Source: Octopus bimaculoides (taxonomy: Eukaryota). Taken from it: DNA of 64,000 nt. The position numbers and the translations under genes are program-made. Under the pieces are notes generated by a model that saw nothing but the letters and a program-made list of their open reading frames with translations, made no database searches and was not told the origin of the DNA. This document shows, piece after piece, positions 13,317-25,371 of this stretch (positions are counted from its first letter, which is position 1; every line of letters begins with the position of its first letter). The stretch covers positions 89,875,310-89,939,309 of the forward strand of contig NC_068982.1 of the NCBI RefSeq assembly GCF_001194135.2, given 5' to 3'.

Positions 13317-13502
13317 CAGATAAAGTTTATGGCTATTCAGAGGTTTATTAAGAAGAATATATTAACAAAAGGTTAGAAATGTATGGATACTTTTGAGTAT
13401 ATACCAGACATTTTCCACAATGGAGGGAGGAAAATAAATTATTCAGAAATAGTTTAATATTTATACATATTGTACACTCCGAATAGCCATAAACTTTATC
13501 TG
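13317..13502. mobile_element. Tc1-type MITE, 186 bp
   Basis: Perfect 22-bp TIR CAGATAAAGTTTATGGCTATTC / GAATAGCCATAAACTTTATCTG with TA on both sides (13315-16, 13503-04). Confidence 0.9.
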
Positions 13503-14075
13503 TATACAATATAAAAACATTGTTTTAAAACATTTAACTATAGTACCACATGATAAGACTTTCCCTGTTTTATTATCAATGGTCTGCTAGTGGGTGACCC
13601 CCTTAGTCGTCAACGAACATCTTGTTTTAAGTTTTCCTTTACCAAACCTCATGATTTTTATGACTATGCCAACTATGATTTTTGTCTGCTCTCTCAGCCC
13701 TACTCCTAACAGATAATGTCCTTTATTCTCTCAGCCTTAGATATACAAGGGTTGATAAACAAGTCTATAAATTAAACTGACCCCATATAAACAAATAAAG
13801 TCAGTGACAGGCAGAGTCTTCACAATTTATTGATAAACTTCTATGTTGTAGTAGAGACAACATGTTCTTTGTCTATCTCCTTCACTTCTTGGAGATTTTA
13901 GGTATAGTTATACTAATGTGTCCATCTGTTCTAATTTAATTAAATTCAATGTCTCTGTGCAGCTGAGAATTGCTCCTCATTTTAAATTGATGTAATGACT
14001 GCATTGTTCAATTAAATGGAGTTGCATGAAACGATGGTACTGCATTACCTCTGGATATCCTTGTTACTTATTTTG

Positions 14076-14123
<48 letters not shown>

Positions 14124-14749
14124 GACATAAACAATGTTGATTGTTGTAAATTTGACTTACAGCTGTTTCCAGTCGTTATAGATTTGTTATTGATTGATTT
14201 ACTCAATCAGTCCATTGATCAGTTGAGAGAAATTGAACGACCTAGAGAATTAATGTAACGTTATGCCTTGTCTTGTATTTTGATGTGTATAAAAGAAACA
14301 GTAGAAATAGAACACAACCGTGTTTATAATATAGAATGGTATTGAACTATAACCTCGGACTCTGCTACAAGAATACTCGGAGTTCTTTACTAATCTGAAC
14401 AAAATTGTTACCCTGGTGTACTTACTGAGAGCTTATAAAGTATTTTTCCCAGACTGATAATCCCTCGCTAATAACTCTATNNNNNNNNNNNNNNNNNNNN
14501 NNNNNNNNNNNNNNNNNNNNNNNNNNNNNNNNNNNNNNNNNNNNNNNNNNNNNNNNNNNNNNNNNNNNNNNNNNNNNNNNNNNNNNNNNNNNNNNNNNNN
14601 NNNNNNNNNNNNNNNNNNNNNNNNNNNNNNNNNNNNNNNNNNNNNNNNNNNNNNNNNNNNNNNNNNNNNNNNNNNNNNNNNNNNNNNNNNNNNNNNNNNN
14701 NNNTATATATATATGTAACTACAGGTGGATCGTTGGTGATTTGTTTTCT

Positions 14750-14890
14750 CCGTCTTCTGTTTCTGACGAAGAGCTTTACTCGAAACGTAAAAACTACCTT
14801 TCTTTCTTTCCCTGAGCGTCTGCTAATACTTTGCATGTTCCACGTCGTTGCGTTGTTTTTTCTTGTGTTTGTTCTTCGTTTTTTTGGGGG
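14750..14890 (+). mobile_element. Penelope-like terminal-repeat relic carrying a minimal hammerhead-like motif
   Basis: CTGACGA-A-GAG-CTTTA-CTC-GAAAC-GTA at 14763-14789; the downstream ~100 bp recurs inverted at 43545-43650. Confidence 0.6.
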
Positions 14891-15675
14891 GGATTTGCTA
14901 TTTATGTATATATGTATGTATATATATGCATACATAAGTATTCACATACAATACACATATGTAAATACGTTGTGTGGCCAATGAAGCCTAATTTATTTAG
15001 AAAGATGACTGTTCCACATTCTTATTTGTTTCCTTCTATTTATGTGGCAATTAACGATTTTAAGTTGGAAGGGAGTTTTACCAGAACGTGGATCCTAATT
15101 GTAACAAATGATGTATTTCAGTTTCATTTATTTAGTTAACTAGTTATTCATTTTGATGTACAACTGCTGCTGTGCCAAAAAATAAAAAAGCTAACAGAAC
15201 AGCTGTTTCCCTTTTTTTAAAAAAACATTATTATTTTTTTACAATGACATGATTTTGAAAAGAAAGCCTATCGGCTGTATGCAACTTTGGACAATACAAC
15301 AACAATACAATGATTAACGTGTTCTGTCAATCAATGGATGAAAAAATCTTACAAAGGCTGGGATTAAGATTAGAAGATATACAATATTTTTCCTATATAT
15401 TACTGTCAATTATTGTTTAGTGAATGAACTTACATGTAGATTGATTTTTATTTCTAGCTCTAATCTGGACTATTTTCATTGATTAAAAACAAAAGGGTTT
15501 GAACAGTAAATACAGCTTTATTGATACAGTAAGGATTCAATAAATGCTAATATTGTCAAGTACACAATGAATCCTAGAGATAATCATTATAATACAGAAC
15601 TTTAAGTAACAATGTCGAAGAACTTGTCAAATGTTTAAAGATCTTAATTACAAAATATATTATTATCATTATTAA

Positions 15676-15876
15676 GGCGGCAAATGGGCCGGATCGTTAG
15701 CACACCGGACAAAATGCTTAACAGCATTTCTTTCGGCTCTTTACGTTCTCAGTTCATATTCTGTGAGGTCGACTTTGCTTTTTATCCTTTCGAGGCCAAT
15801 AAAATAAGTATCATTAAGCACTGTGCTCGATGTAATCGATTTACTCCCACCCTTGAAATTTGCTGGCCCTGTGACA
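15676..15876 (+). mobile_element. SINE family B
   Basis: ggcggc..atcgttagcacaccggacaaaatgctta..ttctcagttca..gaggtcgactttgc.ttt.atcctttcg. Confidence 0.85.
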
Positions 15877-15938
15877 AAATCATCATTATTATCATCATTA
15901 TTAATAGTAGTAATGATAGCAGTAGTAGGCGTAGTAGT

Positions 15939-16120
15939 AAGCCTTTCTACTATAGGTAAAATATCTGCAATTTGGCGGGAGTGGGATAGTTATTTTATCG
16001 ACCTCGAAAGAATGAAAGGCGAAGTTGACCTCGGCAGAATTTGAACTCAGAATGTAAAGACGGGCCGAAATGCCGTTAAGCATTTTGCCCAGTGTGCTAA
16101 CGATTCTGCCAGCTCGCCGT
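15939..16120 (-). mobile_element. SINE family B, inverted relative to 15676-15876
   Basis: atcgacc.cgaaagaatgaaaggc.aagt.gacctcggc.gaatttgaactcagaa..ctaacgattctgccagctcgcc is the reverse complement of the family B head and body. Confidence 0.85.
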
Positions 16121-17814
16121 CTTAGGAGTAATAGTAGTAATATTGAACTTAGCAATATTTGGTTCGATCAGAGGGTATGGGAAAAAGATTTGTTGTAGAT
16201 GCCTCATAGAGATATAGAACTCATCATTCGTGCTTGGGAAGCGGAAGTCTTGATTCTTCGGTAATGCCTGCATCCACCCAAAGCCGCACTGTTCTATTGA
16301 ACATAGCTATAGTTTTTTAACCAAAACCCTATGTGTGTATATGGGTTTAACATCAGCTGACCTTTGGATACCGTTGGCTTTGATCACTCAGTAGCAAGCA
16401 TTCAGGTCAGGTCTCCGGTTTTAAGATACTGTTCTCATTTCTCTTAATAGTTTCGGATTCTCTGTACAGCTGTCCCTTTTGTGTAAGCGCGTATANNNNN
16501 NNNNNNNNNNNNNNNNNNNNNNNNNNNNNNNNNNNNNNNNNNNNNNNNNNNNNNNNNNNNNNNNNNNNNNNNNNNNNNNNNNNNNNNNNNNNNNNTATAT
16601 ACATACATATATATATATATATATATATCGCAATAAGCATCTCTAATTCTTTGAAAGTCACCAACTAATGCTTCCAGTTCTTTTTTGTCCAAATGTAAAA
16701 GCTAGAAAGTGCAAATTGTAAAATATATACTTAGAGAAGTGTTCAGATTTTTGTCTATACGAAGTACTAGGTAAAGAAATCGGCAAAATGTAACAAACAT
16801 TAATGCACAACAGATATCCTAAATGACTAATAGACCAAACCGCAGTAAAATATACAACACAATGCATCAGATACTAACCATGCCTATTAATAATACACAA
16901 GTCCCACAAAAAATGCATTATACGAATAACATTATAAAAAAATCTCATAAAATGGAACATGAAATGCATCACACTAAAAAATGCTTAACACAAAAAAGCT
17001 ACCAGAATACTAATGTAATAAAAAAAATAAACTATAACTTTGTAGTTTAGAAAAGCTTATAAATCCAAGAACAAGTTACAAATATAATATATACATTTTG
17101 TTAACTTTCCCACACTAGTCCTAAAATTACAACGCTCTTTCTTGGACTTTGTACTTATAAAAAGGTGCAGCTGCAATTCACTACGCAACACAACGCATAC
17201 CAATTTTAGGTAAGAAATCCTTAGTGGATAGCACATACGATATATAATTCTTCACAAAAATAGATGATTAATGATGGCAACATTAATCATAATATAACAA
17301 TGGTGAAAAAAATATGCAGACAATATCTTACACATAAAATAAACATGTGACATGAATAATAAATGTAACGCTTAAATTAAAAATTTTGTTGATAAATTCT
17401 ACATAATTCATACCAGGTTACAAAAAAGGCAATCACGGACGTTAACAAAAGTTCATATCCCGAAGATGAGGGTAAAATTCTGTAATGTTTACGATGGATT
17501 TATAAATTTATTGTTTCAAACGAACTGCAACAAGCTCATAAAAGAGGAAAAAGAGGAAAAGAAAACCTTGACAAAGAAGAACATAAAAGTATACATTACT
17601 TTCTGTCTGTGTCACCAGACACATGAATTTATGTATGTATGTATTTACCGTCAGGCTGGTGTTTGGCTTGAAATAACACACCTGATGCGTAAATAGTTTC
17701 TACTTAGTTTTGGCAAATATACTATGTATCAGACAGAAAACTGTTAAAAAGTAAAACTATCTCTCTTTTACTCTCTCTCCCTATATATATCTATCTATCT
17801 ACATACACACACGT

Positions 17815-17845
<31 letters not shown>

Positions 17846-19339
17846 NNNNNNNNNNNNNNNNNNNNNNNNNNNNNNNNNNNNNNNNNNNNNNNNNNNNNNN
17901 NNNNNNNNNNNNNNNNNNNNNNNNNNNNNNNNNNNNNNNNNNNNNNNNNNNNNNNNNNNNNNNNNNNNNNNNNNNNNNNNNNNNNNNNNNNNNNNNNNNN
18001 NNNNNNNNNNNNNNNNNNNNNNNNNNNNNNNNNNNNNNNNNNNNNNNNNNNNNNNNNNNNNNNNNNNNNNNNNNNNNNNNNNNNNNNNNNNNNNNNNNNN
18101 NNNNNNNNNNNNNNNNNNNNNNNNNNNNNNNNNNNNNNNNNNNNNNNNNNNNNNNNNNNNNNNNNNNNNNNNNNNNNNNNNNNNNNNNNNNNNNNNNNNN
18201 NNNNNNNNNNNNNNNNNNNNNNNNNNNNNNNNNNNNNNNNNNNNNNNNNNNNNNNNNNNNNNNNNNNNNNNNNNNNNNNNNNNNNNNNNNNNNNNNNNNN
18301 NNNNNNNNNNNNNNNNNNNNNNNNNNNNNNNNNNNNNNNNNNNNNNNNNNNNNNNNNNNNNNNNNNNNNNNNNNNNNNNNNNNNNNNNNNNNNNNNNNNN
18401 NNNNNNNNNNNNNNNNNNNNNNNNNNNNNNNNNNNNNNNNNNNNNNNNNNNNNNNNNNNNNNNNNNNNNNNNNNNNNNNNNNNNNNNNNNNNNNNNNNNN
18501 NNNNNNNNNNNNNNNNNNNNNNNNNNNNNNNNNNNNNNNNNNNNNNNNNNNNNNNNNNNNNNNNNNNNNNNNNNNNNNNNNNNNNNNNNNNNNNNNNNNN
18601 NNNNNNNNNNNNNNNNNNNNNNNNNNNNNNNNNNNNNNNNNNNNNNNNNNNNNNNNNNNNNNNATATATATATTCATGTATATATGTCTCTTTAAGTCTG
18701 TATTTCGTGTACATGCGTGCATGGATTTGTAACTGCGTAGCTAAGCTTTTGAAACTTAATGGAAGATACTTTCGATGAAATAGATACGCAAGTTTTACTA
18801 CCTTTATTCAAGAGTTCTCTCTCTCTCTTTTCTCTTTCTCTCTATCGCAGACGATTTCTCTTACCAACAACTACGCTGGTTTTTCACACAACACATGCGA
18901 TACATTAAAACCACGACTCTGTAGGACATCGCTTATTAGCAAATATCTTATTCTTATTAATAAGGCCTCGCCGATAGGTTCTGTGTTTCAGCTATGAAAT
19001 ATTTATAGCTATTGTGAGAAGATCAGCATTTCTTTCCAATTTTGCTATTTTTGGAATACGCCTGCAACACTTCATTGACAAGGAAATCAAGTATAATGTT
19101 CTATGTGCATCTTAGATTTATGTAAAGTATGTTCTTACTAAGGTGTATGTGTATATGTGTCAGTATACGAAAAATATAGCAATGTTTCCTAGGTATAATA
19201 TTAGTCGACAATCTCATTTTCGTGCATCTTACCAATATTGAATAAGTTCTTTGTATTGTGTTATTTCCTGGCATTATTTTTCTTTTTTGTCCGTTTTGTT
19301 TTTATTGAAATATTTATTTAATCTTCTTTTCTTTATTGT

Positions 19340-19640
19340 AAAGCCTGGTACTTATTCTATCGGTGTCTTTTGCCGGAATGCTATGTTACGGGGACGTAGG
19401 CACACCAACACCGGTGGTCAAGCAGTTGTGGGGGACAAACACGCGCACACACAAACACACACACACACACACATATGACGGGCTTCTTTCAGTTTCTGTC
19501 TACCAAATCCACTCACAAGGCTTTGGTCGGCCCGAGGCTATAGCTGAAGATACTTACTCAAAGTGCCACGCAGTGGGACTGAACACGAGAACCATGCGGT
19601 TGGGTAGCAAGCTTCTTACCACACAGCCACGCCTGCGCCT
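19340..19640 (-). mobile_element. SINE family A
   Basis: Matches 11878-12262 across body and head. Confidence 0.9.
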
Positions 19641-19884
19641 ATTGTTTGTTTAAATTTTGTATTTATGATCAGAATATTCATAAAATTTAATAGTAAAACT
19701 GGTGATGATTTAAATAATGGTAATAGATTATGGTAATGTATTTTTCGTTTTTTATCAACAACGACAACAACATCAAAAAGTGATGATGACTGGGATGAGG
19801 ATGACAGCGATGCTGATGAGGATTTTGCTTATCTTACAACAAAGGCAATACATATTCAACAAGAATATGTAATATAATATTCTC

Positions 19885-20262
19885 TTCTACTCTAAGCGCA
19901 AGGCCCGCGACTGGGACTTAGCTTATCGACCCCGAAGGATGAAAGGCAAAGTCGACTTCGGAGGAATTGAACTCAGAATGTAAAGACTGACGAAATACCG
20001 CTAAGCATTTCGCCCGGTGTGCTAACGTTTCTTATTTCTTTATTGCCCACAAGGGGCTAAACATAGAGGGGACAAACAAGGACAGACAAAGGGATTAAAT
20101 CGATTACATCGACCCCAGTGCGTAACTGGTACTTAATTTATCGACCCCGAAGGATGAAAGGCAAAGTCGACTTCGGAGCAATTGAACTCAGAACGTAAAG
20201 ACTGACGAAATACGACTAAGCATTTCGCCCGGTGTGCTAACGATTCTGCCAGCACGCCGCCT
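19885..20262 (-). mobile_element. SINE family B dimer with duplicated body
   Basis: 19925-20027 is repeated at ~20139-20241; the two copies carry different tails. Confidence 0.85.
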
Positions 20263-21011
20263 TAATAATCATAATAAGAGCACACAGAGAGCACAAACCT
20301 CCCTCCGGCAACGCAACACCAACGTCCTCTCAACGATTAGCCTGAGATGATTTTTANNNNNNNNNNNNNNNNNNNNNNNNNNNNNNNNNNNNNNNNNNNN
20401 NNNNNNNNNNNNNNNNNNNNNNNNNNNNNNNNNNNNNNNNNNNNNNNNNNNNNNNNNNNNNNNNNNNNNNNNNNNNNNNNNNNNNNNNNNNNNNNNNNNN
20501 NNNNNNNNNNNNNNNNNNNNNNNNNNNNNNNNNNNNNNNNNNNNNNNNNNNNNNNNNNNNNNNNNNNNNNNNNNNNNNNNNNNNNNNNNNNNNNNNNNNN
20601 NNNNNNNNNNNNNNNNNNNNNNNNNNNNNNNNNNNNNNNNNNNNNNNNNNNNNNNNNNNNNNNNNNNNNNNNNNNNNNNNNNNNNNNNNNNNNNNNNNNN
20701 NNNNNNNNNNNNNNNNNNNNNNNNNNNNNNNNNNNNNNNNNNNNNNNNNNNNNNNNNNNNNNNNNNNNNNNNNNNNNNNNNNNNNNNNNNNNNNNNNNNN
20801 NNNNNNNNNNNNNNNNNNNNNNNNNNNNNNNNNNNNNNNNNNNNNNNNNNNNNNNNNNNNNNNNNNNNNNNNNNNNNNNNNNNNNNNNNNNNNNNNNNNN
20901 NNNNNNNNNNNNNNNNNNNNNNNNNNNNNTATTTTATATAATTTTACTTATGTCTAATGAGTCCTCATTACTCCCAAGAATTTCATTTTTACTCCACTTG
21001 GGATAATTCAC

Positions 21012-21075
21012 CTTGGATGCCCGACCCTTGACATAGAGCATCATTGCTTTCTGAGATATGGAGTAATGGACCTAC
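21012..21075 (-). CDS. Candidate internal exon (64 nt, or 60 nt from the alternative AG at 21071)
   Basis: Acceptor ttatattttttccag, donor CAAG|gtgaat. The 60-nt form is open in phase 0/0 (VHYSISQKAMMLYVKGRASK) and would fit after the FERM exon. No homology confirmed. Confidence 0.3.
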
Positions 21076-21169
21076 CTGGAAAAAAATATAAGATGAGGAA
21101 TGGTATCACTGAATGATCGGTCTAAGTAAACAATCTTGGAAATGAGAGTATGTGTGTGTGTTGGGGGGG

Positions 21170-21330
21170 GGGGCGATGTAATGGAAGGTAATACTTTGCT
21201 GGTACTTCATGTTATCAATCTCGAAAGAATGATGCGGGAAACCGACCCTGGTGGGATTTAGACTCAGAACATAGTCTGAATAAATCCCGTAAATCATTTT
21301 CCCCGGTGCTCTAAAGATTCTGCGTATTCC
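21170..21330 (-). mobile_element. Highly diverged family B SINE
   Basis: tcgaaagaatga..accgacc.tggtgggatt.agactcagaac..ctaaagattctgc. Confidence 0.6.
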
Positions 21331-21335
21331 CCCGT

Positions 21336-21515
21336 AATGATGATGATGATGATGATCATCATCATCATGACGATGATGATGATGATGATGAAGGTGGTGA
21401 TGATGATGAATCCCCGATTTTGCGCAACCGTCTTCTTGTAATGATGGCGATAATGGAAATGATAATGATTATGCTGATGATGACGATGATGATAATGATG
21501 ATGATGATGATGAAA
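21336..21515. repeat. (GAT/ATG)n low-complexity tract
   Basis: Imperfect trinucleotide repeat seen directly. Confidence 0.9.
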
Positions 21516-21679
21516 CTCAATAAATCTCCCAAGAGAAGAATATTTTAAAGAGACTATCTTTCACACTCTCTCAGTCTCTCATTTTCTTTTCGTCTCTCCG
21601 TGCTATTCCAATTCCTTTTGACACCGTCATTCATGATTGCTATGCTAAACCAAACTAATTGTGGATTTAAATTTTATAA

Positions 21680-22080
21680 GATGACCATCAATCATCTTTC
21701 ATATTTGAGTGATTTAAAGCTATGCAAGATTGGATGACCAGAAGAAAACTTAGGACGACACAGAATATTGTTAACTAACGTCTCATAAATAAATGGTTAG
21801 ATAAGGAAACAGAAATTAATGAATTAGAATATGTACGGTTCAAAGGATATGTGCAAATAAATTTACACGGATATAAAATCGAAGATAAAAATCAGTTAAG
21901 TATATTGAGAGACCATTAGATTAGTATTCAGGAGATAAAGGAATATTACGAGGAGCAAATTCATAGCATTAACACCTGGATATTACCTGTAATACGTTAC
22001 AGTTTTAATGAACTCATTTGAAAGATAAATGCATTTTATAAGACGGAAGAAGAAAACTGACAGCGTTTAAGATAATGAGA
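21680..22080 (+). mobile_element. Very decayed R4-like RT fragment
   Basis: Translates to INHLSYLSDLKLC (degenerate LFMDDLKL) and SINTWILPVIRYSF (AINTWAxPVxRYSF-like), the same class as 8780-10255. Confidence 0.55.
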
Positions 22081-24216
22081 TGAAAAAAAACCCCAGAAAA
22101 AGCAACATACGGTTTATGACCAAATTTGCAATGAGCAAAAATGCAGAAGATAATGACGGCACTGAGAAAATTCTTATTTTAAATGCGCTTATATTAAAAG
22201 TTAAATATAATGTTAAATAACATTAGCAATATATAGAAAAAATGTTCTATATTGACTGGGATGTTATCAAATAAAGAACAATGATGGTAGTGTGAGAAAA
22301 AGAACGAAAGAGAACCTTCAGTAAATAAAGAAAAAAATAACAGAAATAAAGAAAATTCGACGAATAATATTTGCTCGGTTCCGCTTCAAAATATAATCAT
22401 AAACTAATAAGAATAGAACAGAAATTCGAAAGTTAAGTATGAAGGTCAATAAAATCATACTACATTACCAGTTTCTATTAATCAAAAATTACACTTTAAA
22501 AAATATATTAGCAATGGAATCATGTTGAATGTGCTGAATACTTAGTAATTACAAAAAAGACACCAGTGACAATCATAAATTTTGGCATAAAAACATATAC
22601 TGCAGCAATACAAACAATAAGTGGATATGCTAGAGACTCGATAAATAATTTTTATCCTATCTTTTTTACACGAAGTTATGTTCTTATCTTGTGAAGGTGT
22701 TTCATTCAGTCAGTAAATAGCATTAATTATACGACTAAAAGTTTTCATAGTATAAAGTACTTTTTAAGTGGTAAGCTAACATTACGTATTCTACAAGTAT
22801 GGAGAGTTCATAGAATAAGATTAGAATCTGCTGAAACTCGTGATGGTCTGCTTCGGAAACAAAAATAGAAGAGAAAAACATTCAATATAATTGTAAAAAG
22901 ATATAAATAAAGATGTATTCATGTACCGGAAGAGGAAGCAAGTATCTAACGTTTCAGGTAAAGATCATTTTCGAATTATATTAACTGTTTTTCTTCTAAG
23001 AAGAATGACGCTGCCCTAAATGTCAGCACTCATCTCTTCTTACGTATTTGAATATATTTTATCAAAACCCTGAAGTTAATTGCTCACACCACCCAAACAC
23101 AACGTTGCTTAAGAAAGAAAAAAATAAAACAGAACAATTAAGGTGAATAAGTAAAAGAAAAAAATAACGTTTATCTTTAAAATATTTATTCCTTATCAAA
23201 ATAACTGAGTTTTTAGCTTTGCAAAATTCAGAGAACAGTGCTGGCAGGGTGCATTTAGTTCCTCACGCAAGACGGAAGACATGCAGTCTCCTTAGCTCTA
23301 GGTTGAAATGCAAAGTTTACGAGTAGATGCAGTATGTTAAGAGCAGATCGAAATTATTTGAACTGCCGAATTCTTTCTACGTTTATGTTTAACTGCAAAT
23401 TATTACCAAAATAGTGCATTTCGTGTTTGCATAACTTCTTCTTACAAATCAACTGGTTTCTATTGGATTCAAAAGTTTTCAAACAATTCACTGTAGATCG
23501 TTTATTAAACTGATGCTAAACTCCGATTTCTATAACATATACCATATAATAAAGAATTGACTGCTTCTTGGCAGTTTCAAATCTTTTTAAAGTTACTACT
23601 TATGCTGGGCTGAACACGCGCACACACGCACGCATGCGCACACACACGCACATACACACACCGCACATAGAGCCAAACTAGGGTTATTTACAAGAATGTT
23701 ACCTGGACTGAGAACAGAAATTAATCACTAATACGCAGGAGTGTATATACAATTTTTGTGCCATGCGTCAATGATAGAACTGACATGGTGTAATATTATC
23801 CACTTGTTTCTACTAACAAGATCTACTTACCGCACTTGTAGATTCAGTGTTTCCTACGAATGTGATTCTAAATTATTTATGTCTGTTTTGCATTTACTGC
23901 CATATTTTCCTCTAGTATTATGAAGTCAATTAAATGCATAGCATATATCTTATAAAGTGATATTCAACTTTAGCAAATCCTCAGTATGCTGGTTCTTTGC
24001 CTCATGTTTATCTGCCTATTATGAACTAGCTGAAGAGTGTTAACGTAATTAATCAACTTACTACACGTAGCTGTGAAAACACCATTTATCATCTTTAAAA
24101 TGACGATCACGTTTCAAATCTTACATCGCGGTATACTACTCCAATATAACAGCAGCATATCCAATGCAGAAATATCAAGGAAATAACAAAGTTTGGCCCA
24201 AACTCACGATGATATA

Positions 24217-24289
<73 letters not shown>

Positions 24290-24897
24290 CAACATACTTT
24301 CTGTGTAGGATGTGTAAGAATTACTCATAGACATTTCATAAATTTCCACTACACTGAAGATTAGATTACTGATGATCAAAGCTACTTAAAAAGCTTCCTT
24401 TTCTAGTTACGTTTATACGTTTTTTTTACCTATCTACTTATCTAAGAAACTAAGCAAAGTTTTCATCCGCATCTTCAAATTTCTAACAAGGAAAAAGGAA
24501 GACTTCTAAACCAATTACAATCTCATATTTTTTATCACTAAGCCCATAAAGAATGTTACCTCTCATATTGCGGTAAAAGAACATTAATCTTACTCCTGAA
24601 AGGCTGTCTTGTAGTTGATATATTTACTAGTCACTTTCAGATGTTAGCAGAGATATGGATTTAGCATTTGAAATGTTACTTATTGAAATATAAATAATGT
24701 GGTCGGAAAAAAACATTCCACACGATATGCCGTAAATAATGTTAAAGCATTCACTTGTATAGGTGATGCTATCTTACTGCTAACTTCTGAAAGGACTTCA
24801 AGACGAATCAAAATCGTAGTAAGCAATGAATATTTGAAATTTGAGCTAAGAGCAATTTTGAAAAGTTCTTATAAAATTAAAGAAAGTGTATAAATAC

Positions 24898-25371
24898 CTG
24901 AATAAGTTCTCGAATTTTCCTTGATGTAGTGTACTCTGGAGGTAGATAATCTTCTAAACAGACAGCACTGATTGAGTTATATTCATAGTCACTGAAGCAC
25001 ATCAGATGCTTGACTAGCCGACCGCGTCTTCGATTGCTTGGCACCTTCTTGGTTTTATTCGTACGTATCAACTCTTTTTTCTTGCGCAGGTTTTCCTGAT
25101 GTTCCTTGTCCACGGATGTATGAACAGTGTGGTGTCCACTATCATCGGAAATAACAGGAGCTGCTGCTGCTGCTGCTGCTGGTGTCGCCGCTTTTGCTGG
25201 ATGTTTGCAAGGCACTTTGTATGAGACATGATTGTATAATCCACTTGGGTCCAATGCTGAACTTGTATTTTCCTCAGGCCAGGCTTCTTCAATGTGAAGT
25301 TGAATACCAGCGAATATTGCTGATTCATCTTTAGTGCATGGAAGCTCGCCGCATACAACCATCTGTTGCAG
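24898..25371 (-). CDS. Internal coding exon (474 nt, phase 0/0) of a FERM/Band 4.1-domain protein, central F2 lobe with long insert
   Basis: Acceptor tgctctcattttcag|CTG, donor CAG|gtattt, 158 open codons. LQQMVVCGELPCTKDESAIFAGIQLHIEE and CLEDYLPPEYTTSRKIRELIQ resemble the two halves of the FERM F2 lobe (cf. talin ILNGSHPV..FAGFQCQI and LKDFLPKEY; kindlin EEIECTEEE..FAALQYHI). Orthologue not identified. Confidence 0.8.

Noticed and set aside
13540-13980. Possible decayed LINE RT fragment
   Set aside because: Too degenerate to assign to a class by eye.
22930-23035. Two divergently oriented degenerate Penelope/hammerhead-like tails
   Set aside because: Core boxes mutated in both; resemblance too weak to support.
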